Shown here in pieces: positions 26,590-36,708 of a stretch of DNA of 51,703 nucleotides. Numbering within the stretch: the stretch's first letter is position 1; every line of letters begins with the position of its first letter. The DNA is from Firmicutes bacterium UBA3932. GTDB taxonomy: Bacteria > Bacillota > Clostridia > Peptostreptococcales > Anaerovoracaceae. Location of the stretch: the NCBI GenBank assembly GCA_002385825.1, contig DGEG01000105.1:596-52298 (forward strand), written 5' to 3'. Made by a program: the position numbers and the translations under genes. Under the pieces are notes generated by a model that was not told the origin of the DNA, did not search any database, and worked only from the letters and a program-made list of their open reading frames with translations.

Positions 26590-27609
26590 ATGCGAATCGT
26601 AGTTGATGGGATGGGCGGAGATAACGCGCCTGCCGCAATCGTTCAAGGTTGCGTGGAAGCGGCAGCTTTAATCCCACATCAAATATTCATTGTCGGAGAA
26701 GAAACTCAGATCAAAAAAGAGCTGAAGAAATATAAATATAACAAAGACCAGATTCAGGTGATTCACGCATCCGAAGTGATTACAAATGAAGACGCGCCTG
26801 TGCGAGCAGTTCGTACAAAGATTGAGTCGTCCATGGTAAAAGGAATAACTATGCTTAAAGAGCAGGAAGCAGATCTTTTCATTTCTGCCGGAAATACAGG
26901 AGCTATAATGGCTGGGGGACTTTTCATTTTAGGTCGAATCCAGGGAATTGACAGGCCGGCTATAGCGGCCACATACCCTTTATTACGGAGTAAAAGAGGT
27001 GTCTCCCTACTGGTGGATTCCGGCGCGAATGTAGAATGCAAGCCGAACAATCTGTTGGAATACGGCGCCATGGGCAGCATTTATATGCAGAAGGTTCTGA
27101 ACGTGGACAACCCTACCGTGGGTTTGGTAAATGTGGGTTCAGAAGAAAGCAAAGGAACGACTATCGTCAAGGCCGCTTATGAACTTCTTAGCAGAAGCAA
27201 CCTCAACTTTATCGGGAATATAGAGGCGAGGGATATCCCCAAAGGAGTCTGTGACGTCATCGTTTGCGATGGTTTTGTCGGCAACGTGATCCTTAAGCTG
27301 TCAGAAGGGCTGGCCTGGAACATTTTGAAGCTCCTTAAGACCAAGTTTACCTCCGGCATGGTTTCGAAAATGGGGGCTCTTCTTCTGTCGGGCAAATTTA
27401 AAGAGCTGAAGGAGCTGTTCGATTATTCCGAATACGGCGGAGCTCCCATCCTTGGCGTTAAAGGAGCCATGATAAAAATGCACGGTTCCTCCAGCGCCAA
27501 TGCGGTGAAGAACACTATTTTAAAAGGAGTTCCCTACGCTGAGAACAAAGTGGTGCAGGTCATTCAGGACTCGGTTCTGGAGTTGGAAGAAGTGATGTTC
27601 CGTGAGTAG
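26590..27609 (+). CDS. plsX: Phosphate acyltransferase PlsX
   Basis: MRIVVDGMGGDNAP N-terminus. The ATG at 26590 follows an AGAGGGGGA SD. Confidence 0.93.
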   Translation: MRIVVDGMGGDNAPAAIVQGCVEAAALIPHQIFIVGEETQIKKELKKYKYNKDQIQVIHASEVITNEDAPVRAVRTKIESSMVKGITMLKEQEADLFISAGNTGAIMAGGLFILGRIQGIDRPAIAATYPLLRSKRGVSLLVDSGANVECKPNNLLEYGAMGSIYMQKVLNVDNPTVGLVNVGSEESKGTTIVKAAYELLSRSNLNFIGNIEARDIPKGVCDVIVCDGFVGNVILKLSEGLAWNILKLLKTKFTSGMVSKMGALLLSGKFKELKELFDYSEYGGAPILGVKGAMIKMHGSSSANAVKNTILKGVPYAENKVVQVIQDSVLELEEVMFRE

Positions 27610-28294
27610 CAGTGATTTTGAGGAGAGAATTGGTTACGTATTCAAGAATCCGTCTCTACTGGAAAAAGCTTTGACTCACAGCTCAGCTACCAACGAGCTT
27701 GTAGACGGAGCTTCAAAGAACAACGAGCGGTTGGAATTTCTCGGGGATGCGGTCTTCGATGTAATTATCAGCGAATATTTCTACCATAGAATGGCTGATG
27801 TAGATGTGGGGAAATTGTCTAAATTGAGAGCGCTGGTGGTGTGCGAGCGCTCTCTGTCGGAATGCGCCAAGCGCTACAGAATCAATGAGGAACTGCGACT
27901 TGGCCGCGGTGAGGAACTCAACGGAGGCCGAAACCGTTCTTCAATATTGGCCGACGCTATGGAGGCGGTCATCGGAGCTGTCTATCTGGACGGAGGATTC
28001 GAAGCAGCTACTGATTTTGTGCTTTCCGCATTTGAAACCACCATAGAGAAGGCTTTATCCGGCATGTTATATCGTGATTTCAAGACGGAGTTGCAAGAAT
28101 TTCTGCAAGCCCAGAAAGAAGTTGAGATTCGTTATCTCGTGGATCGGGAGGAAGGTCCCGATCATAATAAAACCTTCTATGTGAGCCTTTGGGACGGAGA
28201 GGAAAAATTAGGAGAAGGCTCGGGTAAAACCAAAAAAGAAGCGGAACAAAATGCGGCGAGGGCCGCTTTGGAGGGATACGGGGTTGTATTTTAA
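27602..28294 (+). CDS. rnc: Ribonuclease III
   Basis: ERLEFLGDAV catalytic signature and a C-terminal dsRBD (KTELQE...GSGKTKKEAEQNAA). GTG start overlaps the plsX stop. Confidence 0.93.
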   Translation: MSSSDFEERIGYVFKNPSLLEKALTHSSATNELVDGASKNNERLEFLGDAVFDVIISEYFYHRMADVDVGKLSKLRALVVCERSLSECAKRYRINEELRLGRGEELNGGRNRSSILADAMEAVIGAVYLDGGFEAATDFVLSAFETTIEKALSGMLYRDFKTELQEFLQAQKEVEIRYLVDREEGPDHNKTFYVSLWDGEEKLGEGSGKTKKEAEQNAARAALEGYGVVF

Positions 28295-31200
28295 ACGAAT
28301 TGACATTCAGGGATTTAAGTCTTTTGCAGAACCGGTGAGCATCGAGTTTCATGAGGGGATAACATGCATTGTCGGTCCCAACGGAAGCGGGAAGAGCAAT
28401 ATAGCCGATGCCATACGGTGGGTATTGGGAGAGCAGAGTCCCAAAATGCTGCGCGGAGGCAAAATGGAGGAGGTAATCTTCTCCGGTACGGAAAATCGCA
28501 AATCAAAAGGCATGGCAGAGGTAACGCTGGTAATCGATAATGCGGACCATATACTCCCCATTGACTATTCTGAGGTTGCAATTACAAGACGCATGTACCG
28601 CTCGGGAGAGAGCGGCTATTATATTAATAAAGTTCCCTGCAGATTAAGGGACATTAGGGAACTCATCATGGATACGGGAATAGGCGTTGAAGGGTATTCC
28701 ATTATCGGACAGGGCCGAATTGCCGATATTCTCAGCGATAAGCCTGAAAACAGGCGCCAGATTTTTGAAGAAGCCGCGGGGATTATGAAATACCGGACAA
28801 AAAAAGAGGAATCCGAGCGGAAACTGGAAGCGGCAAAATCCAACCTGGATCGGGTGAACGATATAATAGGGGAAATTGAGTCCAGGATTGACGGACTGAG
28901 AGAGGAAAGCATCAAAGCGACAGAATATCTTGAACTTCGGGAACGCTATAAAAAAATAGAGATAAACATTACTCTTAAAAACATTGAAAACCTTGAGTTA
29001 AAAAACGAATACATAAAAGACGATATAAGCGAACTGGCTCACCGCATAAATGAGGTGGAGCAGGAAAAGGAATCCGTCGATAAGGATATTGCCCAAAACA
29101 AGGCGCAAAATGAAGAATTAGATACTCTTATCAACACGGGGCGGGATCGTCTTCTCGCCTTAATAGAAGAGATCAACGATCTATCGAGTCAGAACCGGCT
29201 TCGCAAGGAAAGACTAGCTTTCATAGAAAAGGAAAAGCAGCGTTTGGAAGCCGAGCTGGCATCTTTAGACTTGCGTAAGGAAAAAGAAGAGAAAAATGCT
29301 GTTGAAATTCGCACCAATCTCGAGAAGCTGAATGAAGAGTACGAGGAACTGAACAAGCAAGCGGAAGAAAAGAGCAAAGAAGTTGCAGCTCTTGAGGCGG
29401 AAGCCACCGAAATGCAGGCATTGATAGATGCCAACAAGGATAAAATATTTGAATGCCATAGCCGGGCATCTGAAAAGAAGAGTGAGATAAATAGCCTTTT
29501 GAATTTAAAGGATACCTTGACAAAGCGAAAAGAGCAGATCCTTACAGAAAGCCAAGTGGGAGATGCTGCCGGTATCAACTTAGAGGAAGAATACAAACGG
29601 GTTTCGTCGGAACGAGACGAGGCAGCAGAGGCCCTTAAGCGTATAGAGCAGGAAAGCTTTCGCCTAAAGAGCGCATACAGCGAGGCCCTGTCCAGAGAAA
29701 AGCTCCTGAATCATGATCTGGGAGAACGTAAGGTGACCATAGGGCAGCTTTCCGCCAGATATAAGATGATTGAGGAGATGGAAAGCGCCTATGAAGGCTA
29801 TAATGAAGCGGTTAAATTTATCATGAAATCGGGTCTAGAAGGAATTCGCGGAGTAGTTGCGGATCTCATCGGCGTCCCCTCCGGCCTGGAAAGGGCTATC
29901 GAGACGGCTCTCGGAGCTTCATTGCAGAATATTATATGCAGCGAAGATAAAGATGCGCAAAAAGCCATCGAAATGCTCAAAGCAAACAAAGTAGGGCGGC
30001 TCACCTTTCTTCCTTTATCAAGTATCAAACCTTACGGAACAAAAATCCGGGACAGTCTGGCTAAGGAGAAGGGATTTAAAGGATTAGGAGTTGACTGCAT
30101 CGAATTTGACGAAAGATATAGGAAGGTGATGGAATACCTGCTGGGCAGGGTGGTGATCGTTGAAAATCTTCAGCATGCCGTGAGGATGTCAAAACTGCCG
30201 GGCACCGGCGGGTTGCGGTTCGTCACCCTGGACGGAGATGTTATAAACGCTTCCGGCGCTATTACAGGCGGAGCTTATCGCAATAAAACGGCGGGTCTGT
30301 TAGAGAGAAAGGCAGAGGCAAAATCTCTCGGGGACAAGCTGTCCCGGCTACGGGAGGAACAGGAGCGGCTCATTGAAGAGCTGGAAGAACTGGCGGCAAC
30401 ACTGGAGGAAAGCAGGCGACAGATAGAGGATCTGGATAGGAGATACAGGGAAAAGCAGTTGGAGCTCTTTGACAGAGAAAACGAACTTAAGCGCCTGTCT
30501 GGTAGCCTTACGGATATGGAAGAACTGAAAGCCAAAAGGAATAGGGAACTGTCTTCCATTGAAAAAGAACAGGAATCAGTTGACGCCATGCTTCGGGAGT
30601 TGGAGAAGGAAGCCTCCCAAGCAGAACTTGAGGTTTCGGAGGCGGAGGCTGCGGTAGAAAAGGCTATGGAAGACCATGCCGCAATAAGGAAAAGGCTTGA
30701 AGAGGCAAAAGAAGAACTGACTCAGACAAGACTCCTCTGCGGAGCGGCGGCAAGCGAACGAAACAACGCGGAACAGATGCTCGGCAGGATTCGCGGATAC
30801 GTGGAGGAATACGAAGCGGAAGCCGAAAAACGGAGAGAGGAATTAAAAGCGCTTCTTGGGGAAAAGGATGGCCTTTTCACGGATGATGAAGATCAGAAGA
30901 AGCTTCTTGAGGAAAAAGAAGCAGCCAAGATAGAATTGGAAGAGAAAATCAACAAAGCTGTTGAAGACAAACAGTTGATTACCCGTTACATAGACGAAAT
31001 TCAGCAGAAAAGAGAGTCTTTGGACAAAATTCTCGCAGGTTGGCAGACGGATAAGCATGAGCTTGAGTTGAAGCAGGCAAAAAATGAAATCCAGGTGGAA
31101 GGGTATAAAGAAAAGCTATGGGACGATTATGAGATTTCCTATTTGCAGGCCATGGATTTCAAAAATAGGGATTTCGTCATGTCTTCGGCCATGAGAGAAA

Positions 31201-31838
31201 GCCGCGAAATCAGAAATCGCATGAAGGAACTGGGGGAAGTCAATGTAGGAGCCATCAAAGAATATGAAACTGTCAGCGAGCGCTATAAATTTCTCACGGA
31301 GCAGCGAGATGATCTGATATCAGCCATGGATTCTCTGACTCAGATTATCGAGGATATGGATAAAAATATCAAAAGGAACTTCAAAGAGAGCTTCGACCGG
31401 ATTGTAATTAATTTCGAGGAGGCTTTCAAAGCTCTCTTCGGCGGCGGAACGGCAGAACTTCGTCTTGAAGACGAATCAAGACCGCTGGAAACGGGCATAG
31501 ATATCATAGTTCAACCTCCGGGGAAGAAGCTGCAGAACATAAATCTTCTGTCCGGCGGAGAGAAGACTATGACGGCCATAGCGTTAATGTGCGCCATATT
31601 GAAAACCAAGCCCACCCCCTTCTGCATATTAGACGAGGTGGAAGCTTCGCTGGACGAGGTAAATATCGAAAGGTTTGCTCGATATCTCAGGGATTTCAAG
31701 GAAATCCAGTTCGCTTTGGTAACTCACCAAAAGGCTACCATGGAATATGCGGATGTGCTCTACGGTGTAACTATGCCGGAGCGAGGCATATCCAAGGTAA
31801 TATCCCTGAAATTGGGAGATGAAATTGACCTGAATTAG
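28284..31838 (+). CDS. smc: Chromosome partition protein SMC
   Basis: TTG start after GGAGGGA gives the canonical (M)YFKRIDIQGFKSF N-terminus. Walker A GPNGSGKSN, hinge, LSGGEKT signature, and Walker B ILDEVEASLD are present. Confidence 0.95.
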   Translation: MYFKRIDIQGFKSFAEPVSIEFHEGITCIVGPNGSGKSNIADAIRWVLGEQSPKMLRGGKMEEVIFSGTENRKSKGMAEVTLVIDNADHILPIDYSEVAITRRMYRSGESGYYINKVPCRLRDIRELIMDTGIGVEGYSIIGQGRIADILSDKPENRRQIFEEAAGIMKYRTKKEESERKLEAAKSNLDRVNDIIGEIESRIDGLREESIKATEYLELRERYKKIEINITLKNIENLELKNEYIKDDISELAHRINEVEQEKESVDKDIAQNKAQNEELDTLINTGRDRLLALIEEINDLSSQNRLRKERLAFIEKEKQRLEAELASLDLRKEKEEKNAVEIRTNLEKLNEEYEELNKQAEEKSKEVAALEAEATEMQALIDANKDKIFECHSRASEKKSEINSLLNLKDTLTKRKEQILTESQVGDAAGINLEEEYKRVSSERDEAAEALKRIEQESFRLKSAYSEALSREKLLNHDLGERKVTIGQLSARYKMIEEMESAYEGYNEAVKFIMKSGLEGIRGVVADLIGVPSGLERAIETALGASLQNIICSEDKDAQKAIEMLKANKVGRLTFLPLSSIKPYGTKIRDSLAKEKGFKGLGVDCIEFDERYRKVMEYLLGRVVIVENLQHAVRMSKLPGTGGLRFVTLDGDVINASGAITGGAYRNKTAGLLERKAEAKSLGDKLSRLREEQERLIEELEELAATLEESRRQIEDLDRRYREKQLELFDRENELKRLSGSLTDMEELKAKRNRELSSIEKEQESVDAMLRELEKEASQAELEVSEAEAAVEKAMEDHAAIRKRLEEAKEELTQTRLLCGAAASERNNAEQMLGRIRGYVEEYEAEAEKRREELKALLGEKDGLFTDDEDQKKLLEEKEAAKIELEEKINKAVEDKQLITRYIDEIQQKRESLDKILAGWQTDKHELELKQAKNEIQVEGYKEKLWDDYEISYLQAMDFKNRDFVMSSAMRESREIRNRMKELGEVNVGAIKEYETVSERYKFLTEQRDDLISAMDSLTQIIEDMDKNIKRNFKESFDRIVINFEEAFKALFGGGTAELRLEDESRPLETGIDIIVQPPGKKLQNINLLSGGEKTMTAIALMCAILKTKPTPFCILDEVEASLDEVNIERFARYLRDFKEIQFALVTHQKATMEYADVLYGVTMPERGISKVISLKLGDEIDLN

Positions 31839-31860
31839 TACTATAAACGGAGGAGAGATC

Positions 31861-32751
31861 GTGTTTCAAAAAAAGAAATCCTTTTTTGGAAGGCTGCAGG
31901 AAAAAATAGAAGACGTGATTTTAATGCGTCCCGAAGTGGATGAAGATATGTTAGAGGAACTGGAGGAGGCGCTCATCACCTCGGATATCGGGATGGATAC
32001 TACCGAGAAAATCATCCAGCGCCTGAGGGATGACGTGAAGAGAATGAATATCCGGCAGCCGGAAGGCGTGAAAGCCCAGATAAAAAATATCATTAGCGAA
32101 CTCATGGACAAAGAGGAAGCTCACAAGCTCTCCGACAAGTCTCCTCTAATTATATTAGTAGTGGGAGTAAACGGTTCAGGAAAAACAACATCCATAGCGA
32201 AGATTGCCTACAGGTTGCAAAAAGAAGGCAAGTCTGTTCTCTTTGCGGCGGCAGACACTTTCCGTGCTGCGGCAAGTGAGCAGTTGCAGATTTGGGGAGA
32301 TCGTTTAGGAGTAGGTGTCATCAAGCATAAGGAAGGTGCGGATCCCTCTGCCGTTATCTTTGATGCGATTCACGCAGCAAAGGCCAGAGAAACTGATGTA
32401 CTGATCTGCGACACCGCAGGCAGATTGCAGAATAAAAAGAACCTTATGGCCGAGCTTGAGAAAATGTATCGCGTCATTGAGCGCGAATACCCCGAAGCCG
32501 AGAGAGAATGCCTGCTGGTGCTTGACGCGGCAACGGGCAAGAACGCGGTTTCCCAGGCAAAGGAGTTCAGTCAGGTGGCCCAGATTACAGGGATCGTCTT
32601 GACAAAACTGGACGGAACCGCAAAAGGCGGTATCGTAATTACCATAGCCGATATGTTCGATATCCCGGTGAAATTCATCGGTGTAGGAGAAGGAATGGAG
32701 GACCTGGAGCCTTTTGACGCCGCGGAGTTTGCAGCAAGCCTGTTTGAATAA
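31861..32751 (+). CDS. ftsY: Signal recognition particle receptor FtsY (short form)
   Basis: GTG start after GGAGGAG. Motifs GVNGSGKTT, DTAGR, TKLDGTAKGG. Confidence 0.93.
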   Translation: MFQKKKSFFGRLQEKIEDVILMRPEVDEDMLEELEEALITSDIGMDTTEKIIQRLRDDVKRMNIRQPEGVKAQIKNIISELMDKEEAHKLSDKSPLIILVVGVNGSGKTTSIAKIAYRLQKEGKSVLFAAADTFRAAASEQLQIWGDRLGVGVIKHKEGADPSAVIFDAIHAAKARETDVLICDTAGRLQNKKNLMAELEKMYRVIEREYPEAERECLLVLDAATGKNAVSQAKEFSQVAQITGIVLTKLDGTAKGGIVITIADMFDIPVKFIGVGEGMEDLEPFDAAEFAASLFE

Positions 32752-32759
32752 CGCCCGTG

Positions 32760-33110
32760 TTACGCTTTATCTGGTTTATTTCTTGCCTTACTTGCCAGGT
32801 TTGAAGCTAAAGCGGGCAAGATAATTATCAAAAGCAAATACGGAACATATAGAATGTTGAAATCCTTGAGCATGTAGTAGAAGAGCAATAGGGCGCCTGG
32901 CAAGCCCAACAGAAGCCCCTCAAGCCATTTCAATATAGGCCAGATCAGTCCGAGTACAACACCCAGCGCGATATAAATCAAAAGTATCACACCGACGGTG
33001 ACAATCCTTTCTTTCACCGCTCCGTCCGAAAAAACGGAGAGAAATACGCCGAAAAATCCTATCGCACTGCCCAATACCAGGGCCAACAGTATTCCCACTG
33101 CTTTTTTCAT
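32760..33110 (-). CDS. Small multi-pass membrane protein, unknown function (116 aa)
   Basis: Four hydrophobic segments and a basic C-terminal tail. No family recognised. Confidence 0.55.
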   Translation of the reverse strand: MKKAVGILLALVLGSAIGFFGVFLSVFSDGAVKERIVTVGVILLIYIALGVVLGLIWPILKWLEGLLLGLPGALLLFYYMLKDFNILYVPYLLLIIILPALASNLASKARNKPDKA

Positions 33111-33441
33111 GTGTTTACTCCTTATTTTTTCATAGCCCTGTAATCATGGCCCGAAAAAAGGGTTACGACACGGGGCCGGTTGATGCAATGAATATGTTAA
33201 ATACATAATATAGAATGTTATCTTCCATTACAACAGTAAATCACCATTGATAATATGATACCCGGCTTTTTAATATGTTAACACCACCTCGAAGATAGAT
33301 TTGACCGGAGCCTTTGTAAAGTTGACCATTTAACAAAAAATGGTTAGTTTTAATCCGGCGTTCTGGTCAAAGTGCATGGACTATGATTAAAAAATGAAAT
33401 ATAATGGCAATAACGAAAAAAGCAAGGAAAGAGTGAAAATA

Positions 33442-33993
33442 ATGAGAGCGTTTATCGGGATTGATTTTGAAGATAATATAAAAGATGAGATATGCAGCCT
33501 GCAGCAGCAATATCGTGAACATGCTATAAGAGGCCGGTGGAAGCATCGGGACAACTTTCACATCACCTTGAAATTCCTGCGTGAAGTTAGCCCGAAACAA
33601 AAGGCGATGATCGATGGGATCATGGTAAGCATATGTAAAAATCATAAGCCTTTTGAATTGAAACTGGCAGAAACGGGGATCTTTGGAGGCAGGGGATCAA
33701 TACGAGTCTTATGGCTTGGACTGGGTGGAGATAGGGATGCACTTTTTTCTCTGCAAAATGAGATTGATCTTGCTCTTGAGCTTGTGGGTTTCCAGAGAGA
33801 GAGCAGAAAGTACAGCCCTCACGTGACGATTGGTCAAGATATTCTTTTTGAAGAAGACTTTGAGACGGTAAAACAATCCATTCCGATAAAGCAATTCAAA
33901 CCTTTACAAGTTAAAAGCTTATATTTATTTAAAAGCGAGCAGATTCAGAACAAAAGAGTATACACGAAAGTAAGCCAATACGATTTACGTTAA
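33442..33993 (+). CDS. thpR: RNA 2',3'-cyclic phosphodiesterase (2H family, ThpR/LigT)
   Basis: Two HxT/S motifs, HITLKF and HVTIGQ. The ATG at 33442 (MRAFIGIDF) is the typical family N-terminus. Confidence 0.85.
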   Translation: MRAFIGIDFEDNIKDEICSLQQQYREHAIRGRWKHRDNFHITLKFLREVSPKQKAMIDGIMVSICKNHKPFELKLAETGIFGGRGSIRVLWLGLGGDRDALFSLQNEIDLALELVGFQRESRKYSPHVTIGQDILFEEDFETVKQSIPIKQFKPLQVKSLYLFKSEQIQNKRVYTKVSQYDLR

Positions 33994-34017
33994 TATTACT
34001 TCCGGGAGGGACTGGGA

Positions 34018-34494
34018 ATGAAGAGAGTTTTCTATTACGAAACGGAAATTGGAAAGATCGGCATTGCAGAAAACGGCTCAGCCATTACGGATATTTTTTT
34101 TGCCGGCAAAGAGGATCCCAAAGACGTTACGCAAATGGAACGAAAGGAAACTCCTCTGATAAAGGAAGCGGGAAAACAAATACGGGAATATTTTAAGGGA
34201 GAGCGAAAAGCATTCGAATTGAAGTTGGAGCCGGAGGGAACTCCGTTTCAAAAGTCAGTCTGGGACGCCTTGTTGTCCATTCCCTACGGCGAGACCAGGA
34301 GTTACGGGCAGATAGCTGAGCAGGTTGGGAACCCCAAGGCATGCAGAGCTGTGGGTTTAGCCAATAATAGAAATCCTATTGCCATCGTCATACCCTGTCA
34401 CCGGGTTATCGGAGCCGATGGGAAATTGGTCGGGTATGGCGGAGGATTACATATAAAGGAACAGCTGCTTGCCCTTGAACAACGAAATTTATAA
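34018..34494 (+). CDS. ogt: Methylated-DNA--protein-cysteine methyltransferase
   Basis: Active site IPCHRV, and the GETRSYGQIA helix-turn-helix. Confidence 0.92.
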   Translation: MKRVFYYETEIGKIGIAENGSAITDIFFAGKEDPKDVTQMERKETPLIKEAGKQIREYFKGERKAFELKLEPEGTPFQKSVWDALLSIPYGETRSYGQIAEQVGNPKACRAVGLANNRNPIAIVIPCHRVIGADGKLVGYGGGLHIKEQLLALEQRNL

Positions 34495-34581
34495 AGGGTC
34501 CGATTTTTGGTATTGTGGGCTATTTAGTACTGTACGCGCGATTTTAGTTTTGTTCGCTTGGGTACGCAGGAAGGAGTAGGG

Positions 34582-35595
34582 ATGAAAAAGAGAGTTTGCA
34601 TTATTTATACCGGCGGAACCATAGGCATGGAAAAGACGGAAAACGGTTATGCGCCCGGGAAAGTACATCTTCATTCCGCTCTAAATGAGATTGCAAACAT
34701 GGGGTCATCCACCTTGCCGTCCTTTGATCTCGTCGAATACGATCCTTTGCTGGATTCATCCAACATCTCGCTACAGGAATGGATACAAATTGCGCGGGAT
34801 ATAGAAGGCAGATACGACCATTACGACGGGTTTGTTATTCTCCACGGTACCGATACCATGGCGTACACGGCCTCGGCTCTTTCCTTCATGCTTGACGGCC
34901 TCACAAAGCCCGTCATCCTTACCGGTTCTCAAATTCCTTTCAGTGAGATTCGCAACGACGCGCGGGACAATTTGATTACCGCTCTGACGCTGGCAGGCAA
35001 CTATTCGGTGCCGGAAGTATGCCTTTATTTCGGCGGGCTGCTCCTCCGCGGAAATCGGGCAACGAAGATCAGCGCAGACGATTTGGTGTCCTTTGATTCT
35101 CCTAACTATCCTCCTTTGGCAGAGGTGGGAGTCAGAATTACGCTTGAGGATAAGATGATTCGTAGACCCGGATCCGGATTGAAATTGACGGAATTCGGTC
35201 AACATCAGATCGCTGTTCTCAAAATATTTCCGGGCATTCAGTTTGAAGTTTTTGAAAATATCATGACAGAACATCTGAAAGGAATTGTCATAGAAGCATT
35301 TGGTGCCGGTAACATTCCGGACAGTCAAGGCACGATGCAGAAGCTCTTGGAAAGGGCAAAGCGCAACGGCACGATTGTTGTGGTTTGTACTCAATGCCTC
35401 AAAGGCTCCGCCATCATAGGCGAATATGAGGTCAGCGAGGAGCTGGCGAAGGCGGGAGCTGTAAGCGGATACGACATGACGGTGGAAGCGGCGGTTGCCA
35501 AACTTTACTACTTATTGAGCATGGGTTATAATATTGAGACAGTTAAGCGGCTTATGGCGGAAAATCTTAGAGGAGAGCTGACAAAAGTGTTGTAA
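34582..35595 (+). CDS. ansA: L-asparaginase, type I
   Basis: IIYTGGTIGM and HGTDTM motifs. The ATG follows a GGAAGGAG SD. Confidence 0.9.
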   Translation: MKKRVCIIYTGGTIGMEKTENGYAPGKVHLHSALNEIANMGSSTLPSFDLVEYDPLLDSSNISLQEWIQIARDIEGRYDHYDGFVILHGTDTMAYTASALSFMLDGLTKPVILTGSQIPFSEIRNDARDNLITALTLAGNYSVPEVCLYFGGLLLRGNRATKISADDLVSFDSPNYPPLAEVGVRITLEDKMIRRPGSGLKLTEFGQHQIAVLKIFPGIQFEVFENIMTEHLKGIVIEAFGAGNIPDSQGTMQKLLERAKRNGTIVVVCTQCLKGSAIIGEYEVSEELAKAGAVSGYDMTVEAAVAKLYYLLSMGYNIETVKRLMAENLRGELTKVL

Positions 35596-35621
35596 ATGCG
35601 GCGGGTGAGAAGGTAGTATAG

Positions 35622-35966
35622 ATGGCTGCATTCAAAGTAAAAGAAGTGAATCTGGAGTACGGTTACCCAACGGCGGAGATGGCTGTCCGCAACATGGTTG
35701 ACCAACTGATGAGCTGCAAAAGGCAGGGGATGCGTGCCGTCATCCTGATTCACGGATACGGGTCTTCCGGGACGGGAGGTAAAATAAAACAGGCCGTAAG
35801 CCAAAAATTAAGAGATCCATCTATGGTAGGCATAGTTAGAACGACTTGTCCTGGAGAACGATGGGTGGAAAAAAAGCGCACTATGTTAAACGCATGTCCG
35901 GGACTAAGAGATTATGAATCCCGGATTTCGGGTAATTATGGTGTAACTGTCGTACTGTTAAAGTAG
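35622..35966 (+). CDS. Stand-alone Smr-domain protein (114 aa)
   Basis: ILIHGYGSSGTGG matches the HGxG motif and the C-terminus is GVTVVLL. The N-terminal motif is NLEYG rather than DLHG. Confidence 0.7.
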   Translation: MAAFKVKEVNLEYGYPTAEMAVRNMVDQLMSCKRQGMRAVILIHGYGSSGTGGKIKQAVSQKLRDPSMVGIVRTTCPGERWVEKKRTMLNACPGLRDYESRISGNYGVTVVLLK

Positions 35967-35980
35967 AGGATGAGAGCTGG

Positions 35981-36613
35981 ATGAACAAGTTGACAATTGA
36001 CGATTTTAAAAAAGTTTTTAAGGATTATAAACCGGGACCTCTGGGGTATTATAGGTATTATTCTGTTTTGGTGCCCCTTGTGGAGCGAAATGATGAACCG
36101 CATATTTTATATGAGGTAAGAGCGGAAACTTTGCGCACTCAGCCAGGGCAGGTTTCTTTTCCCGGAGGAAGGATCGAAGACGGAGAAACGCCTGAGGAAT
36201 GCGCGATTCGGGAAGCGTGCGAAGAACTTTGCATCCAACACTCGGATATAGAAATTATTTCGCCCTTGGATTATCTCCATACATACAGCAACTTCACCAT
36301 GTACCCGTTTTTAGGCACCATCGATTACGATGCCTGCAGCAAAGTAACCGCCAGCCGGGAAGAGGTGAAGGAGATCTTCTTCGTACCGGTTTCGTATTTG
36401 ATGGAGACGGAACCTCTGGTATATAATTCCGAAGTTTACCCAAAAATTCCCGAAGATTTTCCTTACGAAAAGATTTATGAGAAGAATGGGTATAATTGGA
36501 GAAAGGGAAGCACTTCGATACCGATATATCAGTATAAGGGGTATGCGATTTGGGGAATGACCGCCTTGATAACCCAACATCTCATCAATAAAATGAAGGA
36601 AAACTGTTTATAA
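35981..36613 (+). CDS. Nudix hydrolase, CoA pyrophosphatase-like
   Basis: Nudix box GGRIEDGETPEECAIREACEELCI preceded by VSFPGG. Confidence 0.8.
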   Translation: MNKLTIDDFKKVFKDYKPGPLGYYRYYSVLVPLVERNDEPHILYEVRAETLRTQPGQVSFPGGRIEDGETPEECAIREACEELCIQHSDIEIISPLDYLHTYSNFTMYPFLGTIDYDACSKVTASREEVKEIFFVPVSYLMETEPLVYNSEVYPKIPEDFPYEKIYEKNGYNWRKGSTSIPIYQYKGYAIWGMTALITQHLINKMKENCL

Positions 36614-36708
36614 AAATATGATGATGCGGACAATTACGCCAGGGTGAGAATCTGCGGAGACCATTCCGTAAATATATACAAGACTAATGTTGAAGAGGGG
36701 AAAAACCG

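Noticed and set aside
36614-36708. Possible SAM (S-box) riboswitch upstream of metY.
   Set aside because: The gap is only ~95 nt. It contains no S-box conserved elements that I can recognise and no terminator hairpin.
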